This document shows, piece by piece, positions 49,503-56,994 of a DNA stretch of 56,994 nucleotides (the first letter of the stretch is position 1; every line of letters starts with the position of its first letter). A program made the position numbers and the translations under genes. Below the pieces are notes generated by a model. It had not been told where the DNA came from. It did not search any database and was given only the letters and a program-made list of their open reading frames with translations. This DNA is from a virus (lineage: Duplodnaviria > Caudoviricetes): IMG/VR virus record IMGVR_UViG_3300042197_003393, positions 1 through 56,994 of that record. One strand, 5' to 3'.

Positions 49503-52349
49503 TTAGACAGCAGTTGCGCCAGCCACCACGCCACCGGCTGCCAGCACTTCTTCAGCAGAAAAGCTAGCGCCAGTACGAAGCACCACAAGGTTCAGAGCGA
49601 TAAATTCGACGGCCCGAGTGGGCTTCAAGAAGACCGACACCCAGAGCTCGTTACGATCAATACGCTCAGGAGTGTTGTTAGTCTCATCGCAAACCACACT
49701 GAAGGCAGTCAAACCCCTTCTGGACTGAATATCAGACAAGAAGGGCGAGACAGTAGCTCGGACTTGACGCCACAGAGCATTATCATTAGGCTCGAAGACG
49801 AAGTTTCTCAGCAACGTCACTAAGTTCTTCTTCACGTACAACATCAACATTCTTACGTTTACCCGATCAAGAGCGGTTGCGCTGCGGCGCAAGGTTCGCT
49901 GACCCCAGACAATTATACCGTCTTGCGGGAACTTAACGATCGGATTCACTGCGTTCCCAGACCCGTAAAGTAGGTCTCGCTCACCTTGGGTCGGCGAGTA
50001 TTCCACATCAAGAGCCGTCAGCAACCTACCACGTCTTAGACCGGCGGGAGCAAACCACTGTTCCGCATCCCGAGCAGTTCTTGAATAGACGGCAGCAACG
50101 TGTCCAGAGGGAGGAACCCAGATTTCTTCATTCCTGAATTGATCAAAAACTCTAAGCCAACCCCAGTAGAGAGCTCCGTAGCTGCTATTGATAGCGGAAC
50201 TGAGATCCGACAACAGCATACCATTATGCCAGTCAATCACTTGTTGAGGCCTTAACCCAAACGGAGGATCGACGAGATAAAGAACATCACCGCGGCTCTC
50301 ACACATCTGAAGTGCGGTCCCGATCACTGATCCTGTTGAAAATCCGGGAGTAAGCAGCAAGTTAATATCATACGACTCGGGATTTTGGAACGCATAAAGA
50401 CCGGTGTTAAGAGCCGGACTGCCGATCACAGCTGCATCCAAGCTGCTCGAATAAGCCGGATCAAGCGGAATTCCATTCTCCTGACCATTGAACGACTTAT
50501 TGTTTATCTGCGATGGCAATCTAACTTCAAAAGTCGTGAGACTCGTGTTGTTATCAAGATACGAGGGACGCTCTTCCCAGTTGATGAACTGATTACCGGC
50601 CGTACCACCGTATTTTGAACCGGGATTTAATATGTTCGCAATGTAACGATCGTCGCGCTTGTCAAAACTGACGTCTTCTACCAAGTCAGCGACTGCACCA
50701 AACGAATCCTTCACGCTGATGCGGTAACGACCTGCGGCGTCGCCTACGGCATCCGTAAAGATATCAAGACTAACAGTGTAACCGTTGATCCAAGTACCAG
50801 CACTTGGCGCTACTAAAAATCCGACTATGTTGCTAAAGTAGGCCGAATCAGCCAAGCATGATGAGCTAGAAGGATCCAATTCGCAAGTATAAGGAGTAGA
50901 AGCATCGTTCTCACCTGAAGCTGGTAGCGTTAATCGGTTATCGCTAAATCCCCTATAAGCTCTCTTGTAAGGATAAGCGATGTTTAACGTCTCAGCGAAA
51001 CGCAAAGAACGCAGATTTGAATAGTTAGCTAATAATAACAATGTAGCGAGCTGATGATCAACATGTGCAACTATTACCACGTGATCAGTACCGCCCGGTA
51101 CCGTCAGCACAAATGAATCCCAGTAGGTCTGACCAGCGGATATACCGGCTGCATCGATGCTCGCCGCAACCGCACTTGCAGATTGGTCATTTCCGATCGC
51201 AATATTAAACTCAAGCGTGACCGTCGCCGCAGACTCAATCACATTCATCTTGATCCGATTATTGGCCGTTGTGATGTCATAAGGACCAACATCGGTGCCA
51301 ATCAAGAACGATCGTGGGATGTCATACGCATAACGGCTGGTTCCAACGGCGATAGCGAAAGCCGAAGTGCCGGTTAACTGTATGCGCTCTCCAGCGGTAG
51401 TGGTGATTATCTGAGGAATAGTCGTATCATCTTCTAACGTGTACTCGATGAATGAGTAATCTTCTCCTGAAATCGCAGCGTTTAACGCAGCCACCAAGGA
51501 AGTCACATCCGTATAAGTAGCAGCCGTCAGCGTATATGTGCCACCGTCCACGCCTTCAACAGCGATCGTAAAAGTCCGATTATCTGGTTTAACAGTGAAT
51601 GTGAACGTGTCGTTTTCGTCTAAGACACCAGCCGACACATTCACTCTGACTGATAATCCATTACCCAAAGAGATGTAATTGCTCACCCCGTCGTCATTGT
51701 CATCGACTAAAGTGCCTTCGGCCAACACTTCGCCGTCCGAATTACGGATGATTTCAAAACCAGCACCGTCAACAGAAGCCGCTGCGGATACAGTCGGCGG
51801 CGAGGTTATGACCATCACAAATGAATCGTCAATGTCGCCAGTGTATGTGCCAGTAGTGTTAAGCGTGGCGGTGGTTGCACCAAAAGTATTCGAGGCATCC
51901 ACATCATTATATGTGATGTTATCGACCGATGCGGCTTGGAAAGTGATGGGATTGTCTGCAGACACAGCACGGAGATTAATGCGACCGTAGTCAATACCGG
52001 TGAAGAGTGGTATCCTTCCCCAACCGTTGCTGCGCGTACCAGAAGTATCAATGCAAATGTCGGCCAAGGATTCTGCTTGACCTGTCTCGCATTCCACGCC
52101 GACGCGCAGTATATAGCATGCGTTACCTTCCTCAAGATAGGAAAGCACGGCATACATCAAGTAACTCTCGGGGAAAGGACTTCCAAATGTGTCAATCGCT
52201 TGCTGAGCAGTAGATATTAACGTCGGGACGTTCATCGGCCCCTTTTTGGCAGCTCCGATGAATGCCGGACGCAATGGTCCGACTGAAGACGGAAGAACAC
52301 TCAGATCGATCTCACGGGGGAAAACCCCTGGGCTCAAGTACACTGGCAT
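49503..52349 (-). CDS. gp18: contractile tail sheath protein, gp18-like
   Basis: YLSPGV..REID, FIG.A.KGP, PPSG, WFAPAG.RRG, NPI..F...G...WGQ.TL, DRVNVR, FEPND, DE.NN.P..ID. Confidence 0.97.
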   Translation of the reverse strand: MPVYLSPGVFPREIDLSVLPSSVGPLRPAFIGAAKKGPMNVPTLISTAQQAIDTFGSPFPESYLMYAVLSYLEEGNACYILRVGVECETGQAESLADICIDTSGTRSNGWGRIPLFTGIDYGRINLRAVSADNPITFQAASVDNITYNDVDASNTFGATTATLNTTGTYTGDIDDSFVMVITSPPTVSAAASVDGAGFEIIRNSDGEVLAEGTLVDDNDDGVSNYISLGNGLSVRVNVSAGVLDENDTFTFTVKPDNRTFTIAVEGVDGGTYTLTAATYTDVTSLVAALNAAISGEDYSFIEYTLEDDTTIPQIITTTAGERIQLTGTSAFAIAVGTSRYAYDIPRSFLIGTDVGPYDITTANNRIKMNVIESAATVTLEFNIAIGNDQSASAVAASIDAAGISAGQTYWDSFVLTVPGGTDHVVIVAHVDHQLATLLLLANYSNLRSLRFAETLNIAYPYKRAYRGFSDNRLTLPASGENDASTPYTCELDPSSSSCLADSAYFSNIVGFLVAPSAGTWINGYTVSLDIFTDAVGDAAGRYRISVKDSFGAVADLVEDVSFDKRDDRYIANILNPGSKYGGTAGNQFINWEERPSYLDNNTSLTTFEVRLPSQINNKSFNGQENGIPLDPAYSSSLDAAVIGSPALNTGLYAFQNPESYDINLLLTPGFSTGSVIGTALQMCESRGDVLYLVDPPFGLRPQQVIDWHNGMLLSDLSSAINSSYGALYWGWLRVFDQFRNEEIWVPPSGHVAAVYSRTARDAEQWFAPAGLRRGRLLTALDVEYSPTQGERDLLYGSGNAVNPIVKFPQDGIIVWGQRTLRRSATALDRVNVRMLMLYVKKNLVTLLRNFVFEPNDNALWRQVRATVSPFLSDIQSRRGLTAFSVVCDETNNTPERIDRNELWVSVFLKPTRAVEFIALNLVVLRTGASFSAEEVLAAGGVVAGATAV

Positions 52350-52410
52350 ATTTGTTGCTCCCGTCTAGACCCTAACCCATGACATATTTTTTCCCAAAGA
52401 ATCGGACGAT

Positions 52411-52635
52411 TCACGCATCTTCGCTATCGTACACGACTCTGACTAAACCCTTCTTAGTCAAATTCTCGATCTGATCTGATCTCAAATGGCTCTTTAACAG
52501 CAAGACGTCCCGGCCGGGCATGATACGCACTTGTTGTTCGCTAGTAAAAAAGTCACCGCCCGGTGTACGGACTTGAAGCGGGATCATCTGCTTAGAATTA
52601 TTATAGATCCTAACCACATGAGTCTTCTTAGCCAT
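52411..52635 (-). CDS. small hypothetical virion-locus protein
   Basis: 74 aa, AGGAG RBS. Confidence 0.65.
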   Translation of the reverse strand: MAKKTHVVRIYNNSKQMIPLQVRTPGGDFFTSEQQVRIMPGRDVLLLKSHLRSDQIENLTKKGLVRVVYDSEDA

Positions 52636-52644
52636 TAGTCACTC

Positions 52645-53454
52645 CTAGTCCTTCAAATCGGCAATCAAAAGATTACCGACTCGTTCCTTAAACCCTACCA
52701 CACGCCCTAAAACCATCGGCACTATCTTTTCCGGCAATGGCAACCACGCTTCTGCCGTCGTAGTTAATTCATATCTTACATTTGCATGCTGGTCATGGCC
52801 TAACTCCTTGTCGCTCGCATCATTACACCCACCAAATTTCAACTGTACATTCCCAGCAATCTTTCCATCCGACATCCTGAATTCAGCCAAAGGCGAATAA
52901 CGTAGTAGTAGTTGGTGAACCACATATTCTGCATCACGTTTTCTCTCAGTCCAAATCGTTATCTTATAATTGACATTAAACGGCATTGGCCTATAAACCT
53001 TGGCCACTAGGTTACCTCTAGTTGAAAGAAACCGAGTTGACAATGGGTGATACCTAGGACTAAACTTTTCAGGATTAAATTCATGACCTTCTCGACTAAT
53101 AGCAGCAAGTGGCAACCTAGCGCGTCCCTCCTTGAGATCGTCTGCCCAAATTAATAAACTCTTGTCACCACCCGCAATCTTTACACGCATGAACCGATAT
53201 GAATCCTTAGTCGGCACTCTGATGCCACTAAAATATTGCTTCATAGCAGAATCTAGTGACCAAAACCCCGGCTGTAAAAATTCTTCCAAGTAACTCGGAT
53301 ATGATTGATAGTCACTACCATCCAGAGGTATTCGACCGCCTTCGGCATGGCTTGATTGCCTTGCCGCCGGTAATTCATTTATTCCAAAAGGTGGTAGAGC
53401 AACAGTACCAGGTTGCTTAACTGAAAAGTCACTATTAAAATTATGAATAGTCAT
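52645..53454 (-). CDS. tail terminator/sheath stabiliser, gp15-like
   Basis: LPL.AISR, P.PF.V.Y.ITIW, A..V..QLL..Y.P; position before sheath. Confidence 0.7.
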   Translation of the reverse strand: MTIHNFNSDFSVKQPGTVALPPFGINELPAARQSSHAEGGRIPLDGSDYQSYPSYLEEFLQPGFWSLDSAMKQYFSGIRVPTKDSYRFMRVKIAGGDKSLLIWADDLKEGRARLPLAAISREGHEFNPEKFSPRYHPLSTRFLSTRGNLVAKVYRPMPFNVNYKITIWTERKRDAEYVVHQLLLRYSPLAEFRMSDGKIAGNVQLKFGGCNDASDKELGHDQHANVRYELTTTAEAWLPLPEKIVPMVLGRVVGFKERVGNLLIADLKD

Positions 53455-53726
53455 CGCAATTTGCTAATTAACTCCCCCTCATCTTTTAACAGAGTCATAT
53501 ATCCATCAACCACGCGCTTCATTTCAGATAATTCTACTTCGTCATTTATATTCTTATTAGCGATCAATTTTAACGATATTGTATCTTGGGCTTCAGTGCG
53601 GTCAGCAGCACGAATAGGCACATTTATCTGTTCGGCAAGTTCGACACCTATATTCTTAGCTATTCTTGATACCACCATATTATGTTGCAAACTAAAGACT
53701 TTGCGTAGATTATCTGCGCCTTCCAT
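53451..53726 (-). CDS. hypothetical protein
   Basis: coupled 91-aa ORF in neck cluster. Confidence 0.55.
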   Translation of the reverse strand: MEGADNLRKVFSLQHNMVVSRIAKNIGVELAEQINVPIRAADRTEAQDTISLKLIANKNINDEVELSEMKRVVDGYMTLLKDEGELISKLR

Positions 53727-54340
53727 TATACTGACTCCATATATCGACCACCAGACATATCAGGCTCGTCACCTTGCATGTCTTGCTCTGGTCTAACCGT
53801 AACATCCGCAGTAAGAGATTCGCACTGACACGTCATATAAAGCCAGATATAACGGTACATGCCAGACGGAGTAGCGTTAACTACCCTAAAATTCTTGGGA
53901 GCGATCGGCGTAGAATTATAAGGGACTTGTATGACATCACCCGTCCTAAGCATACGCGGACCTAGGAGGTTATATATTTGTAGATGACTAAAGCTAATCT
54001 CCATACGATTAACCGAATCAGCACCCCAAGCCTTTAATTCGATTTCTATCTTGTTTGGCTTGAATGTGCCTTTTATATTATAGGGAGTCCAATATGTTGG
54101 GTCCGGATCTTCGTCCCACACGGCATCATAGTCAGCATTATCAGTCCTAGCAAATATCTTCAACTCTGCGCCGCTAATGGCTATCATCTCATCGGCTCTA
54201 GCTCTGGCCATTCTGATAATCGCAGCATCCGGATTCCAGATTGCCAATTTATTATTAGCTAAGTCAGCCTCGGTGCGATAGCTTTCTTGTGTCTCAGTAA
54301 AATCAGTGTACCCGTTAGGAACACCAAAATCATATATCAT
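53726..54340 (-). CDS. neck/head-completion protein, gp14-like
   Basis: E.I..SG, D..WDED, GD.I..P.....F.V; position in neck cluster. Confidence 0.65.
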   Translation of the reverse strand: MIYDFGVPNGYTDFTETQESYRTEADLANNKLAIWNPDAAIIRMARARADEMIAISGAELKIFARTDNADYDAVWDEDPDPTYWTPYNIKGTFKPNKIEIELKAWGADSVNRMEISFSHLQIYNLLGPRMLRTGDVIQVPYNSTPIAPKNFRVVNATPSGMYRYIWLYMTCQCESLTADVTVRPEQDMQGDEPDMSGGRYMESV

Positions 54341-54349
54341 ATAACACTC

Positions 54350-54847
54350 CTAGCCAAGAGACCAAGGAGGAACCGGACCCAATACGCCCCCACCGGCTGG
54401 AAAAGTCCCTTCAGCTACATATGGGTCAGGTGGGGGTGGTATATTTTCTCTAAAATCTGGCGATGGGCAATATCCCATTCCTATAATATCACACTTATCA
54501 TACTTTTCCTCGATAGGCAGTTCCGATCCGGGTAAATTCCTAAGCATCTCATAATAGTTAGGATATAGTTCACAAGGGCAATTAATAGGTATAGGAGGCA
54601 ATACAAACCACTTCTGTCTAACACCCTTATTAAAATTATCGCCATACTTCACATATGACCCAGGTATCGCCGCCAAAGCCTCTGTTAAATCGACAAGAGC
54701 ATTCTTGCATGCCTTACCAGCTGCCATATAAGCAGATAATGTCCTTGAAGTTAAGGCTGATGTAGGTTCACATCCCGGCACTAAAACCTTGTTACGGCCT
54801 CTTACCTCTAATTGATATGAAAATGTGGGCGTACTCATAATCACCAC
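54350..54847 (-). CDS. hypothetical Cys/Pro-rich protein
   Basis: coupled ORF between neck genes. Confidence 0.55.
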   Translation of the reverse strand: MVIMSTPTFSYQLEVRGRNKVLVPGCEPTSALTSRTLSAYMAAGKACKNALVDLTEALAAIPGSYVKYGDNFNKGVRQKWFVLPPIPINCPCELYPNYYEMLRNLPGSELPIEEKYDKCDIIGMGYCPSPDFRENIPPPPDPYVAEGTFPAGGGVLGPVPPWSLG

Positions 54848-55623
54848 ATCACCGGTCCAATTGGTTCACCCAATTGAATAGCTCTGTTAAGTATTTCTTC
54901 CTTTACTTTCTCGCCTTCGGAGATTAAATCACCACCATCAAAATTCAGCGTTCCACCATCAGGAGTTGGCATGCCATTTATCTTGCGTCTTGCGGTTCCC
55001 ACAGCAATCTTGGCCTCAGCCAGCATCATATCATATGCCAGCATTCTGGCTTGAGGGCTTCTAAAATGAGTAATGACCGGCGTGTATAAAACAACCACCG
55101 GAAATGCTCCCTTTGGTGTCGGATATAATCTTATGAGTTGATCCTTAGCAGACAATGCGTCTCCCTCTACGGTACTGTTGCCCTCATTTAAGACCTCCCA
55201 GTGACCTTCCGTTCCTAAGACTTTCTGGCTAAACTTTCGATAAGCTTGTAATAAATGATAATCGGTCAATATGTTTTGAATGCCTGAAATATTCCCGATA
55301 TTAAATAAAAAACTCTCAGCGCCAAACACATCGTCTATGCGAGTCGTCACTGGGTCCCAATTCACCGATTGTATCCAATAAGCATCAGCGGGCATTGGAT
55401 ACGTAGATTGTAGAGGAGTAGTGTAGAACATCGATAATTTCTGTTCTCGAGGAAAATAGCCGGCGATGAAATCACCAGCAACCTTCCATATAGTCTCCCA
55501 CTGATCCTCGGTAATTTCTACATCAACATTTGGATAGCCTAGCTTGCTTAAGACATATTTCTTCATCGGCTCACTACGTAACTTGAGAACCGATGGAAGA
55601 TCAGTGGGTGCCAAGATAGCCAT
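54841..55623 (-). CDS. gp13: neck protein, gp13-like
   Basis: Y....LG.P.VDVE.T..Q, A.AK...G..R.K..G...P.GG..N..G..L..EG. Confidence 0.88.
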   Translation of the reverse strand: MAILAPTDLPSVLKLRSEPMKKYVLSKLGYPNVDVEITEDQWETIWKVAGDFIAGYFPREQKLSMFYTTPLQSTYPMPADAYWIQSVNWDPVTTRIDDVFGAESFLFNIGNISGIQNILTDYHLLQAYRKFSQKVLGTEGHWEVLNEGNSTVEGDALSAKDQLIRLYPTPKGAFPVVVLYTPVITHFRSPQARMLAYDMMLAEAKIAVGTARRKINGMPTPDGGTLNFDGGDLISEGEKVKEEILNRAIQLGEPIGPVMW

Positions 55624-55631
55624 CTAACACC

Positions 55632-56201
55632 TCACTGCGGAAAGTGAAACCCTCTATCTCCGTACGTGACACCAGCATAGTCTAATCTGAATATTTTAAA
55701 ATCATACGCTGCGGGCAATGATGCACCTATAGCAGATGTCATAGCTGTTTTAAGCGATTTGACCTGATTGTCAGTCGCTGACAATGTGGTGACTTCATAG
55801 GAATGCTGATTCATTCCTTCGATGACTTCTCCAGCGTGCAATACCATCTTATCGCTATATGTGTAAGCGTTGGCAGTCGCTGAATTATAAAATCCAGTAA
55901 TCATAGCCAGTGCCGGTTTTTCGCCAAATTGCGGAACTGTGGCTGTGCCATACACTAGTCCACTCATGCCAGCATGGTCGGTACCAGTATATGATCTATG
56001 CTGTCCGCCACCGGGTGCCGCAATGCTCAATGTTGATGGCACTAAAGTCTCTAAGCCCTCATAAATATACTGAGATATCTTTTGCATGTCTCGCCATATG
56101 GCAAATCGTTTTCTCGGTTTATGATAATCGGGTGAGCCGACCCCAGACCAAGCACCAGGAAAAATCTTTATGTGAGCGGTGAATGGTACCCATCTGCTCA
56201 T
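55632..56201 (-). CDS. hypothetical virion-locus protein
   Basis: 189 aa, AAGGAG RBS. Confidence 0.65.
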   Translation of the reverse strand: MSRWVPFTAHIKIFPGAWSGVGSPDYHKPRKRFAIWRDMQKISQYIYEGLETLVPSTLSIAAPGGGQHRSYTGTDHAGMSGLVYGTATVPQFGEKPALAMITGFYNSATANAYTYSDKMVLHAGEVIEGMNQHSYEVTTLSATDNQVKSLKTAMTSAIGASLPAAYDFKIFRLDYAGVTYGDRGFHFPQ

Positions 56202-56242
56202 GGCGGTCTCCTTCAGTCTAACTTTGATCTCATGGACATGGA

Positions 56243-56271
56243 TTGGGCCGCACCATAATAGTGCGGCCCAA
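56243..56271 (-). terminator. 11-bp GC-rich hairpin (no U-tract) after 56292-56678 gene
   Basis: TTGGGCCGCAC-7 nt-GTGCGGCCCAA. Confidence 0.55.
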
Positions 56272-56291
56272 CTTCTGATCCTAATTAATGA

Positions 56292-56678
56292 TCAGACCGA
56301 GCGGAGTTCGTCGTGCAGGTCACCAGTCAAACCGACGGCGGTGTTGCTGATGAACTTGTCCTGACCGATCTGGAACGCAAAATCCACATCCGCCATGCTA
56401 GTCTGGGCATCGGCAAAAGTGGTAACCGCATTCAGGCCGACCACGATCGGGAAGCCACGGCCTGCGCCGTGTCGGGCTTCACCCATGTAGGGCGACATGT
56501 CGGAAACGGTCGTATCGCGAGAAAGGACGGACACTAAGATCTCTTCGGCAGGGACGCTCATGACCAGTGGCCTGAGTCGCTTGATTAAAGCGGCTACAGA
56601 GTCCTGCCTCAGAGCCTGCCGATAGGACCGCACTGTCCGGTACACCTTGATATCGGTGTTAGCTGGCTGAGCTGACAT
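56292..56678 (-). CDS. probable abundant virion protein (decoration-type candidate)
   Basis: GGGAGA RBS before ATG 56678; C-ending codon bias like the capsid gene; preceded by the same 26-nt motif as the capsid operon. Confidence 0.6.
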   Translation of the reverse strand: MSAQPANTDIKVYRTVRSYRQALRQDSVAALIKRLRPLVMSVPAEEILVSVLSRDTTVSDMSPYMGEARHGAGRGFPIVVGLNAVTTFADAQTSMADVDFAFQIGQDKFISNTAVGLTGDLHDELRSV

Positions 56679-56721
56679 GCGTCTATCTCCCAAAGAAATT
56701 GAAACACTATCCACGGACTAA

Positions 56722-56747
56722 TTATTTTTGCACAAGAATTATAATTA
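56722..56747 (-). promoter_or_regulatory. putative strong late promoter, copy 2
   Basis: TAATTATAATTCTTGTGCAAAAATAA; 24/26 identical to 10357-10382. Confidence 0.65.
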
Positions 56748-56767
56748 TTCATGCTCAAAATTAATCT

Positions 56768-56994
56768 ATGAAACTGCGCGCAATAGCCGAATCGACGAAT
56801 AAACCAATGTCGCAAGGTGCAAAATATTTTGAAAGTCTGATATCATACCTAAAAGACAATAAAGATAAACATTTGATAGAATGGCAGAAACTCAATAAAT
56901 ATTTCAAAAAACCGGTCACTAAAACATGGCAGACGACTAAGCACATAATTACCGATCTCATTAAAAAGACAACTAACGAACAAGAGCTGGCAAC
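56768..56994 (+). CDS. 5' part of a hypothetical protein (runs off window), possible internal head protein
   Basis: manual translation MKLRAIAESTNKPMSQGAKYFESLISYL..., open to the window end. Confidence 0.55.
   Translation, partial: MKLRAIAESTNKPMSQGAKYFESLISYLKDNKDKHLIEWQKLNKYFKKPVTKTWQTTKHIITDLIKKTTNEQELA

Noticed and set aside
30046-53454. Extracellular contractile injection system or tailocin
   Set aside because: Capsid, portal, protease, terminase, neck and replication genes show a complete phage
56761-56961. 66-aa minus-strand ORF
   Set aside because: Antisense to a more protein-like plus-strand ORF starting at 56768

Overview
A 57-kb segment of a large T4-like (Tevenvirinae-like/jumbo) myovirus genome, mostly transcribed on the minus strand. 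It holds a near-complete virion module: head (terminase with intein, portal, a ~1070-aa acidic prohead-locus protein, gp21 protease, scaffold, gp23 capsid), neck (gp13/gp14/gp15-like), sheath, three tube paralogs, gp26/gp51-like chaperones, tape measure, hub, a split gp5-like spike, gp25, gp6 and gp53. Interspersed are replication/transcription genes (intein-containing class II RNR, UvsW-like helicase, primase, gp55-like late sigma, PD-(D/E)XK nuclease) and a dispersed GDP-sugar/glycosylation set (gmd, perosamine synthase-like aminotransferase, cupin, methyltransferase, GT2, GT8, NodZ-like transferase). Most notable: (1) a candidate virion- or host-surface glycosylation pathway beside the capsid gene; (2) a spike gene split inside one of two circularly permuted helical modules; (3) a likely +1/-2 frameshift joining gp26- and gp51-like genes; (4) an RBS-occluding hairpin with a promoter-like motif in its loop before the tape measure gene; (5) a Zn-ribbon insertion in the late sigma and a 24/26-identical promoter motif; (6) a stand-alone PAS protein next to a holin-like gene. 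All family calls come from motif recognition by eye and synteny; no searches were run. No tRNA, rRNA or CRISPR array was seen.
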